39,399 nucleotides of DNA from Candidatus Iainarchaeum sp. (GTDB taxonomy: Archaea > Iainarchaeota > Iainarchaeia > Iainarchaeales > Iainarchaeaceae): assembly GCA_043812975.1 (NCBI GenBank), contig JBDRLP010000042.1, positions 1 to 39,399 on the forward strand. The letters run 5' to 3'. The position numbers and the translations under genes were made by a program. Position 1 is the stretch's first letter. Every line of letters starts with the position of its first letter. The notes beneath the pieces were generated by a model. It did not search any database, was not told the DNA's origin, and saw only the letters and a program-made list of their open reading frames with translations. Of this stretch, positions 18,947 through 27,063 are shown piece by piece.

Positions 18947-19864
18947 ATGAAAAATCAAATTTTTATTGTTTGCTTGGTTTTGAGTGTTGTTCTCTTTAGC
19001 GGTTGCACTCAACAGCCTGTTGAAGGAACTCAAGACATTGGGCAACAGGCAAACACTAATAGTCTTGATTCAACTACTGAAGCAGATTCTAAAGAAGAAG
19101 TCGGCGTTGGAGGCAATACCCCAATAAAAAATAATGCTGATGCACAAGAGTCTAGTGAAGAAACTGGCTTGAAATTCAGTGAGTGGAAAGCTTCGGATAA
19201 TTCAATCACTCTTCAAGTTCCTGAAGGCTGGACTGCTATTGAAAAGCAAGTTGACAACTGCACTGTGGACTGGTCAGTGAGCGATGTCGGCAAAAAGAAC
19301 TCAGCTTACATGACAAATCAGATAATGGTTCTAAAGTCTGAAGAAGCAAGACAAATGTACAAGCTTTACGGCTTGACTGGAATTGACAATGCGCCAGTTT
19401 TTGCATACATGAATGCAGAATTAGCGTCTTCTCAAATTGTTGCTCCGCTTTCCGGCTCAAGCAATTTGCAGGTTGTTGAAACTGATGCTGAAATAACCAT
19501 GCTGTTCTCGCAGGCTGTTTGCATTCAAGGCCTTGCGGCGTGCGATGCTGAAGTCTTTGAAGCAACTTATAAAAATAATGGTCTGCAAATGAAGGGCAAA
19601 TACTTTGTTCAAACTTTTGACCTTGGAGAAGGCACTACTTGGTGGATTAATGTTTGGGGATATACTTCCCCTGCAAACCAGTGGGAAGAATCAAAAGCAG
19701 TTTTGGAAGAAATATTCACTTCAGTAAAATACACTGAAGATTGGGCGGCAAAATGCAAAAGCAATACAGACACAACAAGCAGTATCATTAGTGAAATTGT
19801 CAGAAAGCGCCAAGAATCCGCAGAAAAAACAACAACAGAATGGGACAATTATATTAGAAGCTGA
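18947..19864 (+). CDS. Lipoprotein of unknown function
   Basis: MKNQIF...LFSGC lipobox, low-complexity linker, PsbP-like ITLQVPEGW. Confidence 0.75.
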   Translation: MKNQIFIVCLVLSVVLFSGCTQQPVEGTQDIGQQANTNSLDSTTEADSKEEVGVGGNTPIKNNADAQESSEETGLKFSEWKASDNSITLQVPEGWTAIEKQVDNCTVDWSVSDVGKKNSAYMTNQIMVLKSEEARQMYKLYGLTGIDNAPVFAYMNAELASSQIVAPLSGSSNLQVVETDAEITMLFSQAVCIQGLAACDAEVFEATYKNNGLQMKGKYFVQTFDLGEGTTWWINVWGYTSPANQWEESKAVLEEIFTSVKYTEDWAAKCKSNTDTTSSIISEIVRKRQESAEKTTTEWDNYIRS

Positions 19865-19923
19865 CAAAAACCTAATTAAAAAAGTTTTTGGCAAGAATTA
19901 TTCTTTGAAAAAATTAATGTCTG

Positions 19924-20634
19924 TTACTCAAGGTTGCTAACCACAATATCAGCGTAGGCTAGGGCGTTATCAATTGTAAAATTGCCGCCATATATTCCTC
20001 CAACCAGCACAGTGTGAATAATATTTTTTGTCCTGAATGAAACAGTTGAATAAGAAAAAACTTCGCCCTCCGTTTCTCCAACTATTTCAAATCTGTAAGC
20101 AATGCTTTCCTCACCTTTTTTTGGAGCGGACAAAACAGTAAAGCCTTCGGCATCTTTTATCGTTTGCTTCCAGTCAGCAAAGCCGTTTTTTGCGCCTTCG
20201 CTACTGGCATAGAGAACTAATTCGTGTTTTACAACAAGGTCTTCTAGCAAAACATTTGCACTTACTTCTTTCTGAAAAAGAACTTGATACGATTCCAGCC
20301 ATCCATTTTCAATGGCTTTTTCTTTGTCGCCCTCTGATTCAAAAGCATCTTCTTCTTTGATGGATCCGCTTAATTCTTCCGCCTCAAAATAACCTGGCTT
20401 CAAATCTTCCAGTGAAAGAGCATAGTTTTCTATAGGGCTTTCAAACAAGGTTTCCACTGGCATTTCAACAAAATCATTTTCTTTTACATCGTCCTTTTCT
20501 GGGGCCACGACTTGAGGTTCAATGCCAGAATCCTGTGGGGCTACGGGGTTCTCAGTGTTTTCTGGCTGAGCGCATCCGACCAAAAGAATGCCTAAAAAAA
20601 CAAGTGCTACAATCAAGCCATTTGTCATTTTCAT
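19924..20634 (-). CDS. Lipoprotein of unknown function
   Basis: LLVGC lipobox, acidic mature domain. Confidence 0.75.
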   Translation of the reverse strand: MKMTNGLIVALVFLGILLVGCAQPENTENPVAPQDSGIEPQVVAPEKDDVKENDFVEMPVETLFESPIENYALSLEDLKPGYFEAEELSGSIKEEDAFESEGDKEKAIENGWLESYQVLFQKEVSANVLLEDLVVKHELVLYASSEGAKNGFADWKQTIKDAEGFTVLSAPKKGEESIAYRFEIVGETEGEVFSYSTVSFRTKNIIHTVLVGGIYGGNFTIDNALAYADIVVSNLE

Positions 20635-20723
20635 ATCCTTATTAGCTGAATAAGTAGTATAAAAAAGTTCCTTTTGTTTGTTTTGGCCATTTCAAGAATC
20701 TTCTGTGAAAAATAGCGAAAATG

Positions 20724-23495
20724 TTATTTTACTCTAATATAACTCGCATACGTCCCGTAAAAGTTGTCAAAGAGTATTAATGTATTTCCGTTAACTGAAA
20801 AAGTGTAAAAGAAAGTGCCATAAGAACCGTTCAACGCCAGGGTGTTGCCATTGATGCCGTAGGTCCCCTTCACAAACAGCTTACCTGAAATGTATGACTC
20901 GTAAGTTCCTTCAGAACTGAAAATCGCTGTCTCATTAACAAAAGCGTTATACCAGCTCCCGACAATGGGATTGGGCTGTTGTGCACTGCTTGTTGATTTA
21001 GTGAAAGAGACTTCCGAACCACTTGAATCGGTTATTGTCAAGGTTTCACCAGAAACAACATAACCATAAGTTGTTTCTATTCCCTTATTAGACATGAAAA
21101 GTTTTCCGTTCAGGGTGTTGAAAGTGCCGAGAATTTTTTTACCACCAACTTGCCAAATGTAACTGCCATCAGAATTGAACTCTAGGTAAGCCGAGCCACT
21201 AATCCATTTTCCAACCAGAGAGGAATCCTGTTCCTTGTCAGGCTCATCTTCTTTCACTCCGTCCTTCCAAAGAACATATTTTCCGCCTTCAAACATTTCA
21301 GTCAGCTCGAGTTTCTTGGATGATATGTCAACCATGAAAACCATAAACACAGGTTCCTGGCTACCGGCATCAATCAAAAACGAAACCAATGGCAGACCAT
21401 TGTTGTTCCTGAACCAGTAAACGCACGGACTCTGTTTTATTCCGACTGCTGAAATGCATGTGCTGTCCTCAAAAATCGCGAATCCTAATCCATCACCAAT
21501 CCAGTTTCCGATTATATCTGAATTCGAAACCTCCGGGTTAGCTTCCGGCTGGTTCTGAACATCAACAACCGTGAACTGGGTTACATAGTTCCCTGAAATG
21601 TCTCCTATGAAAAAGCCAATCATGTACTGGTTTTTCGGAAGCAGTGCTAGGTCAACCCACAAGCCATTCTCACCAAAAGAGATGCTGTCAGCCTTGGTTA
21701 ATCCAAACTCGTCTGAGTCACCGTCATAGAATTCTATGTAAGGTGCAAATGAGTCCCCGACAACAGGAGTGAAACCACTGACCACTATTCCATCACCAAC
21801 AGAGGTTAGCCTTGTTGAGGAAACGAGCTGCCCGGTCCGATAGTCAAAAACCAGAACTGCCTCAAAAGGATTTGGTTCGCCTGCACTCTGATACTCGCCG
21901 TTGGCGGCAAAATAATAATCGCTCCCCCCTGCAGGAGAAAGAGGAGCAATAACCTGTTTTTGACCGTTAGTGAAAACCTCTGCCATCGGCGCCCACGTGA
22001 AATCAATGTTGTTGACACCGTCAACAAACTCAGGAAGTTTCCTCTCACCATTATAGTCCGTGTAAACCTGTGTGAGATTATGGTTATTCATCATGAATAT
22101 CTTGCTGCCATCCACAAGACCTATCACCCTGAAAATCTTTACAATATTGTTACCAGTTGCCTTGCCATAAACGCTCAAAGGGTTATCCATATTCGCGACT
22201 TTTGAAGAAGTGCTTTCAATCACAATGCTGGGTGCAATCTCATCAGTCTTCTCGACTTCAATGTAGCCTCTGATAAAATCATCCCAACCGCTTTCAACAG
22301 CAAACTTTGATGAAGATGCATAAGAAGAATTGTAGAGAAACTCATCCTCAGGAAAATAAATCGAGAGGCCGTTCGCAAAAGGATGCTCACTCCCATGGTA
22401 CTCTGCGATAATCATCTCACCCAGAGCTTCTCTGAGATTAGAGGTCGCCTCATTTATTTCCGGGTCACCTGTTTCCTGCGAAACCAGTTCGGCAAAATCA
22501 ACAAAGTCATAACTGCTCTGGGATTTCATTGTAGCCATGCCCCCGAACTTTGCAAATGCCTCGGAGAAATAAATGCTCTTGCCAATTCTCGGCCAATAAT
22601 TTGCAGTGTTCTTTTTGAGAACAACAATCAGTTTTTTTGCTGCCTCGTTCACACTACCCATTTTGCTCAAATCAAAAGCAGCGATTGTGGTGAATGGATT
22701 CGGAATTTCTTCGGAATAAAACTTCTCATACTTCTCGACAAGTATTCTGGCCAACCGCACTTCATTCATGTCAGGTTCCTTCACGAGCTCAGCAAGGGGG
22801 CCGGCATAATCAACCCCCGGCCCTGGAATTGTTTCCTCAGACGCAACCATTACTTTCACGTGTGACTGCATCGCATATAAAACATCAATCTGTCCCATGA
22901 GGCACTGATTCAGAACAAGCAAATCCAACTTGTTCTCTCCGCTGAAACCTGCTTTCCCAAGTGCATCTGCAAGCCCCTGAACAGAAGCCTCTGTTTCTGA
23001 TGTCTCATCTTGCATATGCGGTCCCCAGCCACCTCCATGATTCCACACATCCAATAAGTAATACTTTGCAGGATAATTCTGAGTTCCCCATTCAACAAAA
23101 TCAACAAGGGAATTCATATCCCCCATATCAACCTCGCCCAAATCCATTAACTCCTCTGACTCGACAATACCTTCCTCAACGCCTTTTTTAATCAAAAATC
23201 TCTTTGTACCAGACCAGTCACCATTACTTGAGTCATAACCGGGATTTCTGTCCCACTGGACAATGATATTAACTTTCTCTGTTGAACCAACACTCTCAAG
23301 TTTATCCATGTCAAAAATCGAATTGGGTTCGAGGTTGTTGTCAGAATCCATGTAAACAAGCACAGTCCACCCCACCAAATCCGCAGGCAAATCTGCCGGT
23401 AAATCCTGATTTGGTAATGGCTCAGGCGGCTCAGGACAACCACTAAAAAAAACAAGAAGAACTAAAGCAAAAATGCATAGATGGCAAAATTTCAT
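20724..23495 (-). CDS. Clostripain-family (C11) peptidase lipoprotein with C-terminal lipocalin-like repeats
   Basis: FSGC lipobox, WTVLVYMDSDNNLE, YPAKYY..VWNHGGG (His), NQCLMG (Cys), ASEE, GLSIYFP. Repeats IIGNW/LVGKW/IVGSW. Confidence 0.9.
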   Translation of the reverse strand: MKFCHLCIFALVLLVFFSGCPEPPEPLPNQDLPADLPADLVGWTVLVYMDSDNNLEPNSIFDMDKLESVGSTEKVNIIVQWDRNPGYDSSNGDWSGTKRFLIKKGVEEGIVESEELMDLGEVDMGDMNSLVDFVEWGTQNYPAKYYLLDVWNHGGGWGPHMQDETSETEASVQGLADALGKAGFSGENKLDLLVLNQCLMGQIDVLYAMQSHVKVMVASEETIPGPGVDYAGPLAELVKEPDMNEVRLARILVEKYEKFYSEEIPNPFTTIAAFDLSKMGSVNEAAKKLIVVLKKNTANYWPRIGKSIYFSEAFAKFGGMATMKSQSSYDFVDFAELVSQETGDPEINEATSNLREALGEMIIAEYHGSEHPFANGLSIYFPEDEFLYNSSYASSSKFAVESGWDDFIRGYIEVEKTDEIAPSIVIESTSSKVANMDNPLSVYGKATGNNIVKIFRVIGLVDGSKIFMMNNHNLTQVYTDYNGERKLPEFVDGVNNIDFTWAPMAEVFTNGQKQVIAPLSPAGGSDYYFAANGEYQSAGEPNPFEAVLVFDYRTGQLVSSTRLTSVGDGIVVSGFTPVVGDSFAPYIEFYDGDSDEFGLTKADSISFGENGLWVDLALLPKNQYMIGFFIGDISGNYVTQFTVVDVQNQPEANPEVSNSDIIGNWIGDGLGFAIFEDSTCISAVGIKQSPCVYWFRNNNGLPLVSFLIDAGSQEPVFMVFMVDISSKKLELTEMFEGGKYVLWKDGVKEDEPDKEQDSSLVGKWISGSAYLEFNSDGSYIWQVGGKKILGTFNTLNGKLFMSNKGIETTYGYVVSGETLTITDSSGSEVSFTKSTSSAQQPNPIVGSWYNAFVNETAIFSSEGTYESYISGKLFVKGTYGINGNTLALNGSYGTFFYTFSVNGNTLILFDNFYGTYASYIRVK

Positions 23496-23636
23496 AAATT
23501 AAAGAAAGCTTTAGATGATTTATTTCTTTTGGTGCTTCAAATCCACGAAAATTTTGCCGAAAAACACGGGGATTCATTGAAAATGCGAAACTAGAGGTAA
23601 TGTGCGAAAGAACCTTCTAAAACTTATGAGAAACTT

Positions 23637-23885
23637 GTGAACAAAAGAATACTTGCTTTAGAAAAAAAGCCGGAAATATTTGATAAAATTATTCATGATG
23701 TGGAACCTATTAATGAAATGGAGTATATTGTGAGAATAACAAATACACAAACCAAGCTTTTTGACAACAAGAACAAAACCATCGTAAAAGAATCAAAAGA
23801 AGCCAGAATGATACTTGAAAAACTATCAGATTATACAAAAGAATTAAACACAAAGAAAGAATACGTTTATGCTACCTATAGGTAG
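23637..23885 (+). CDS. Small hypothetical protein, possibly a gene remnant
   Basis: 82-aa ORF with GTG start and A-rich coding-like composition. Confidence 0.35.
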   Translation: MNKRILALEKKPEIFDKIIHDVEPINEMEYIVRITNTQTKLFDNKNKTIVKESKEARMILEKLSDYTKELNTKKEYVYATYR

Positions 23886-23933
23886 AAGTAGGCAACACAT
23901 AGATTTATTAAGCAAAATGTACTTTATTATCGC

Positions 23934-24065
23934 ATGCCATACAGAGAAGGAGTAACAACAATACAACTTACACCCACAACCCGGGACAAACTCAAAGACC
24001 TAGGGAAAAAGGGCGAAAGCTACGAAGAAGTAATACTACGCCTAATAAAAGCTTATAAAAAATAG
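23934..24065 (+). CDS. Small RHH/antitoxin-like protein (43 aa, not in ORF track)
   Basis: MPYREGVTTIQLTPTTRDKLKDLGKKGESYEEVILRLIKAYKK: TTI.L...RD.L...G.KGESY..VI.RL pattern of archaeal RHH antitoxins. Confidence 0.75.
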   Translation: MPYREGVTTIQLTPTTRDKLKDLGKKGESYEEVILRLIKAYKK

Positions 24066-24083
24066 TCCAACACAGAAATAATA

Positions 24084-24166
24084 GGCTTGGGAGATGTGGA
24101 AAATGACGATGATTCTGACTCTCATTCAGGAGCATGAGGATAGATGGGCGGACTGAATCCCAAGCC
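24084..24166 (+). ncRNA. Box C/D sRNA-like gene (copy 1); D guide matches 16S C1402
   Basis: Terminal stem GGCTTGGGA/TCCCAAGCC, C-like ATGACGA (24103-09), C' ATGAGGA (24134-40), 12-nt guide TAGATGGGCGGA, D box CTGA (24153-56). Confidence 0.7.
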
Positions 24167-24211
24167 ATTGTACTATTTTAGCTATTGCAAGCCACTTCAG
24201 AAAGCATTATA

Positions 24212-24235
24212 TATAACAATGTGCACAATGTTATA
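24212..24235. promoter_or_regulatory. 24-bp palindrome overlapping the TA promoter (operator)
   Basis: TATAACA-A-TGTGCACA-A-TGTTATA, one mismatched pair, 3 nt before the PIN ATG. Confidence 0.65.
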
Positions 24236-24238
24236 CAT

Positions 24239-24748
24239 ATGCTTGTGGTGAAAGATTCCATGGTTCTCATACACCTTGCCAAAATAACGGTTCTTGAAAA
24301 AAGCTGTGGTCACTTTGGGAACATCATAATTCCGAAAAAGGTTTTTGATGAAGTGGTTACAAAAGGAAAGGAAAATAATTATCCGGATGCCATCATCGTA
24401 GAAGAAGCAGTAAAAAAGGGGAAAATTTCCGTAAAAACTGTTAAGGCTAAAGAGCTGGAGAAAAGAGCCAACCAATTCAATGTTTTTGGCGGTGAAGCAG
24501 AGGCAGTGGCACTTTACTGGCAGGAAAAAGCAAATCTCATAGCATGTGATGACGACAATGTCAGGAACAAGAAGGAAATACTGGAAATAAACATTATTGG
24601 CACGCCTTCAATATTACTTTCGCTTTACAGAAAAAAGAAAATAACAAAGGAAAAGCTTGAAGAGTCAATAAATAAGCTTAGACAAATAGGCTGGTTTAAC
24701 AATCAGGTTCTGGATGCAATACTGTTGGAGGTGCATAAAAATGGGTGA
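24239..24748 (+). CDS. PIN-domain toxin (DUF3368-like)
   Basis: VVKDSMVLIHLAKI, IPKKVFDEV, GGEAEAVAL, IACDD, IIGTPSIL. Confidence 0.85.
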   Translation: MLVVKDSMVLIHLAKITVLEKSCGHFGNIIIPKKVFDEVVTKGKENNYPDAIIVEEAVKKGKISVKTVKAKELEKRANQFNVFGGEAEAVALYWQEKANLIACDDDNVRNKKEILEINIIGTPSILLSLYRKKKITKEKLEESINKLRQIGWFNNQVLDAILLEVHKNG

Positions 24749-25043
24749 ATCACACGCAATAGGAATACGCCTTGAAAATAATCTGCTCAAAAGGGTAGAC
24801 AAAATGAGCGAGGAAGAAAAACTGGACAGGTCGACAGCAATAAGGGTGCTCATAGAAGAGGGTTATGCCTCGCGTTCGAGAAAAAAAGCCGCCGCAGATT
24901 ACGCCGCAGGAAAAATAACCATGAGCAAGGCCGCAGAAAAATCCGGCACGACCATATGGGAATTTGAACAATACCTAATAAGCACTGGTTATAAGTCACA
25001 ATATTCAATAAGCGACCTCATGGAAGAAGCTAAAAAAATCTGA
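24741..25043 (+). CDS. UPF0175-family antitoxin with N-terminal RHH
   Basis: IGIRL...LDRSTAIRVLI, YAAGKITMSKAAEKSGTTIWEF. Overlaps the PIN gene. Confidence 0.85.
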   Translation: MGESHAIGIRLENNLLKRVDKMSEEEKLDRSTAIRVLIEEGYASRSRKKAAADYAAGKITMSKAAEKSGTTIWEFEQYLISTGYKSQYSISDLMEEAKKI

Positions 25044-25088
25044 ACAGATTCCGCAAAAATACGAGCATCATACATAGAGAGCCTGAAT

Positions 25089-25156
25089 AATCACTTGACG
25101 ATGACACAGAGCTGATTCACAGCGATGACGAAAGATTGGCGGACTGAGGCGTGATT
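25089..25156 (+). ncRNA. Box C/D sRNA-like gene (copy 2, diverged)
   Basis: Stem AATCAC/GTGATT, C TTGACGA, guide TGACACAGAG, D' CTGA, C' ATGACGA, guide AAGATTGGCGGA, D CTGA. Confidence 0.72.
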
Positions 25157-25246
25157 TTTAATCCTTTATAGCATTTAAAATCAGTAAAATACTGAAAAAT
25201 AGTACCTTATAGTAACATTTATAAGCTTTTTAGCATCAATTAATAC

Positions 25247-26467
25247 ATGGTTTCAAAATATGATTTGCTTTATTCAGTCTTCCTGAACGAAGGATTGACC
25301 GCCGCACAACTTGTGAGGAAAATAGGCAAAACACCTTATGATTACGACACGGTTCTAAAGCACCTTTTGCAGCTTAGAGAAGAGAAGTTAGTTGAAACTA
25401 AAAAAAACAAATATTACTTATCTCAAAAGGAAGAAACAAAAAAACTCCTCAGGATAATTGATTATTGTTTCAGAAACAAAATAAATTACAACGAACTATT
25501 TCTGGATAAAACAATCGAGTTCATTAAATTTGGATTGGAGAACAAAGATTTTTCAGAACTTGGTCTCAACAACAGGACAAGAGCAAGAATTTCCTTGTTT
25601 TTATCAAAACACGGTTTCATAATAATTGAATCAAAAAAACCATTCAAAGTAAAAATGGTTTACTCGGATTTCCTGAAAAAAACTGTTGAAATATTCAAAG
25701 GCGAAATTAAAGTCAAATGCGACAAAATCTACGAACAAATGGATGGGGAAGAAATAGATTCACAGATAGAAAAAGAATTCTCAAAATACAAAAAAGCAGC
25801 AAAACAAATAAACCTCAATGACGAGGTGCGCTTCGTCCATAGGAGCCTTTCACTCGAAGGCAACACAATGACTCTCTCCGAAACAGAGAAGCTGATAAAA
25901 CAAAACATTCCTCCGAAAGAAAGGACTTTTCAGGAAATGCAAGAAACAGTGGACTACAAGAAAGCACTTGATTATCTTATTGAAATAAAAGAACTGGACT
26001 TTGAAACAACCCTTAAATTCCACGGAACAGCAATGAACTCATTAAAGGCCGGCGCGGGAGAATTCAGAAAGCAAAATATCAGGATTAAAGGCAACCCTGA
26101 TTTTAAGACAGCTGACTGGAGGCAAATACCAAATCGCTTGGAAGATTTATTTAAGTATTACCAAAACAAGATTCACAAAAAAATCAAGGCACATGAATCT
26201 GTTGAACTATCCGCCTATCTCCACAGTGAGTTCCAACATATTCACCCATTCATAGACGGCAACTCTAGGACATCAAGAGCAATATTCATTCACGTACTTT
26301 TACTGAAAGGTTTTCCTCTCATTAATTTTCCTGCGGGTTTTGTCGAACAGTACATGGAACTCACAAAACTCTCGAAAAAACGGGATGACAAAAAATTCAC
26401 GGTTTTCATGAAGCAACTTGTACTGCATTCTTTGAAGCAGACAAACCAGAAAATAAGATACTTGTAG
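25247..26467 (+). CDS. Fic-domain protein with N-terminal wHTH
   Basis: HPFIDGNSRTSR Fic motif, SLSLEGN inhibitory motif, GEFRKQNIRI. Confidence 0.92.
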   Translation: MVSKYDLLYSVFLNEGLTAAQLVRKIGKTPYDYDTVLKHLLQLREEKLVETKKNKYYLSQKEETKKLLRIIDYCFRNKINYNELFLDKTIEFIKFGLENKDFSELGLNNRTRARISLFLSKHGFIIIESKKPFKVKMVYSDFLKKTVEIFKGEIKVKCDKIYEQMDGEEIDSQIEKEFSKYKKAAKQINLNDEVRFVHRSLSLEGNTMTLSETEKLIKQNIPPKERTFQEMQETVDYKKALDYLIEIKELDFETTLKFHGTAMNSLKAGAGEFRKQNIRIKGNPDFKTADWRQIPNRLEDLFKYYQNKIHKKIKAHESVELSAYLHSEFQHIHPFIDGNSRTSRAIFIHVLLLKGFPLINFPAGFVEQYMELTKLSKKRDDKKFTVFMKQLVLHSLKQTNQKIRYL

Positions 26468-26487
26468 AAAGAATTTGAAATAACTCC

Positions 26488-26523
26488 TCATCTTTCGGGT
26501 TAGATGGGCGGACTGAGGCTTTT
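26488..26523 (+). repeat. Direct repeat copy 3 (3' part of the C/D-like unit)
   Basis: TCATCTTTCGGGTTAGATGGGCGGACTGAGGCTTTT, 32/36 identical to 31918-31953. Confidence 0.9.
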
Positions 26524-26622
26524 TGATTCTTATTTAAAACAATAATGTTTTCTAAACTCCCGGGGTTTCATGATTGCGAAATAACGAAAGTATTATATTG
26601 TTTTATAGCGTCTTAATTTTAA

Positions 26623-27063
26623 GTGGTTGAAATGAAGGTTCGGGATGTTTTTCAGGAGAATTCTGGGTTTGTTGATAAAGTTTTGGGAAGTGACTCTATT
26701 GAAAAGGTCATTGCAGTAATGGGTTTGAATAAGGAAACTCGAACTGTTTTTGTAGTTGATGAGTCGAAAAATTTAATTGGAGTAATAACAATACACGAAA
26801 TTTTTGACTATGTATTTGATGAAATGAAACCAAAAATACTAAATTGGTTTAATAAAAAGAAGCATCTGAAAGCAAAAGATATAATGAGGCCTCCAATAAC
26901 AATTTCATTGGATGATGCTTTGGATGATGCTTTGCGTGCAGCAAAAGCAAGTAACCTGCAGGATCTTCCGGTTTGCGAAGACGGAAAGGTGGTTGGAGAA
27001 CTGGATTGCTTTGAGCTTTTGGATGGATTGGTTTCGAAAGACAAGAATTATTTTGAAGAGTAA
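26623..27063 (+). CDS. CBS-domain pair protein
   Basis: VFVVDESKNLIGVITIHEI, KAKDIMRPP, DLPVCEDGKVVG. Confidence 0.88.
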   Translation: MVEMKVRDVFQENSGFVDKVLGSDSIEKVIAVMGLNKETRTVFVVDESKNLIGVITIHEIFDYVFDEMKPKILNWFNKKKHLKAKDIMRPPITISLDDALDDALRAAKASNLQDLPVCEDGKVVGELDCFELLDGLVSKDKNYFEE

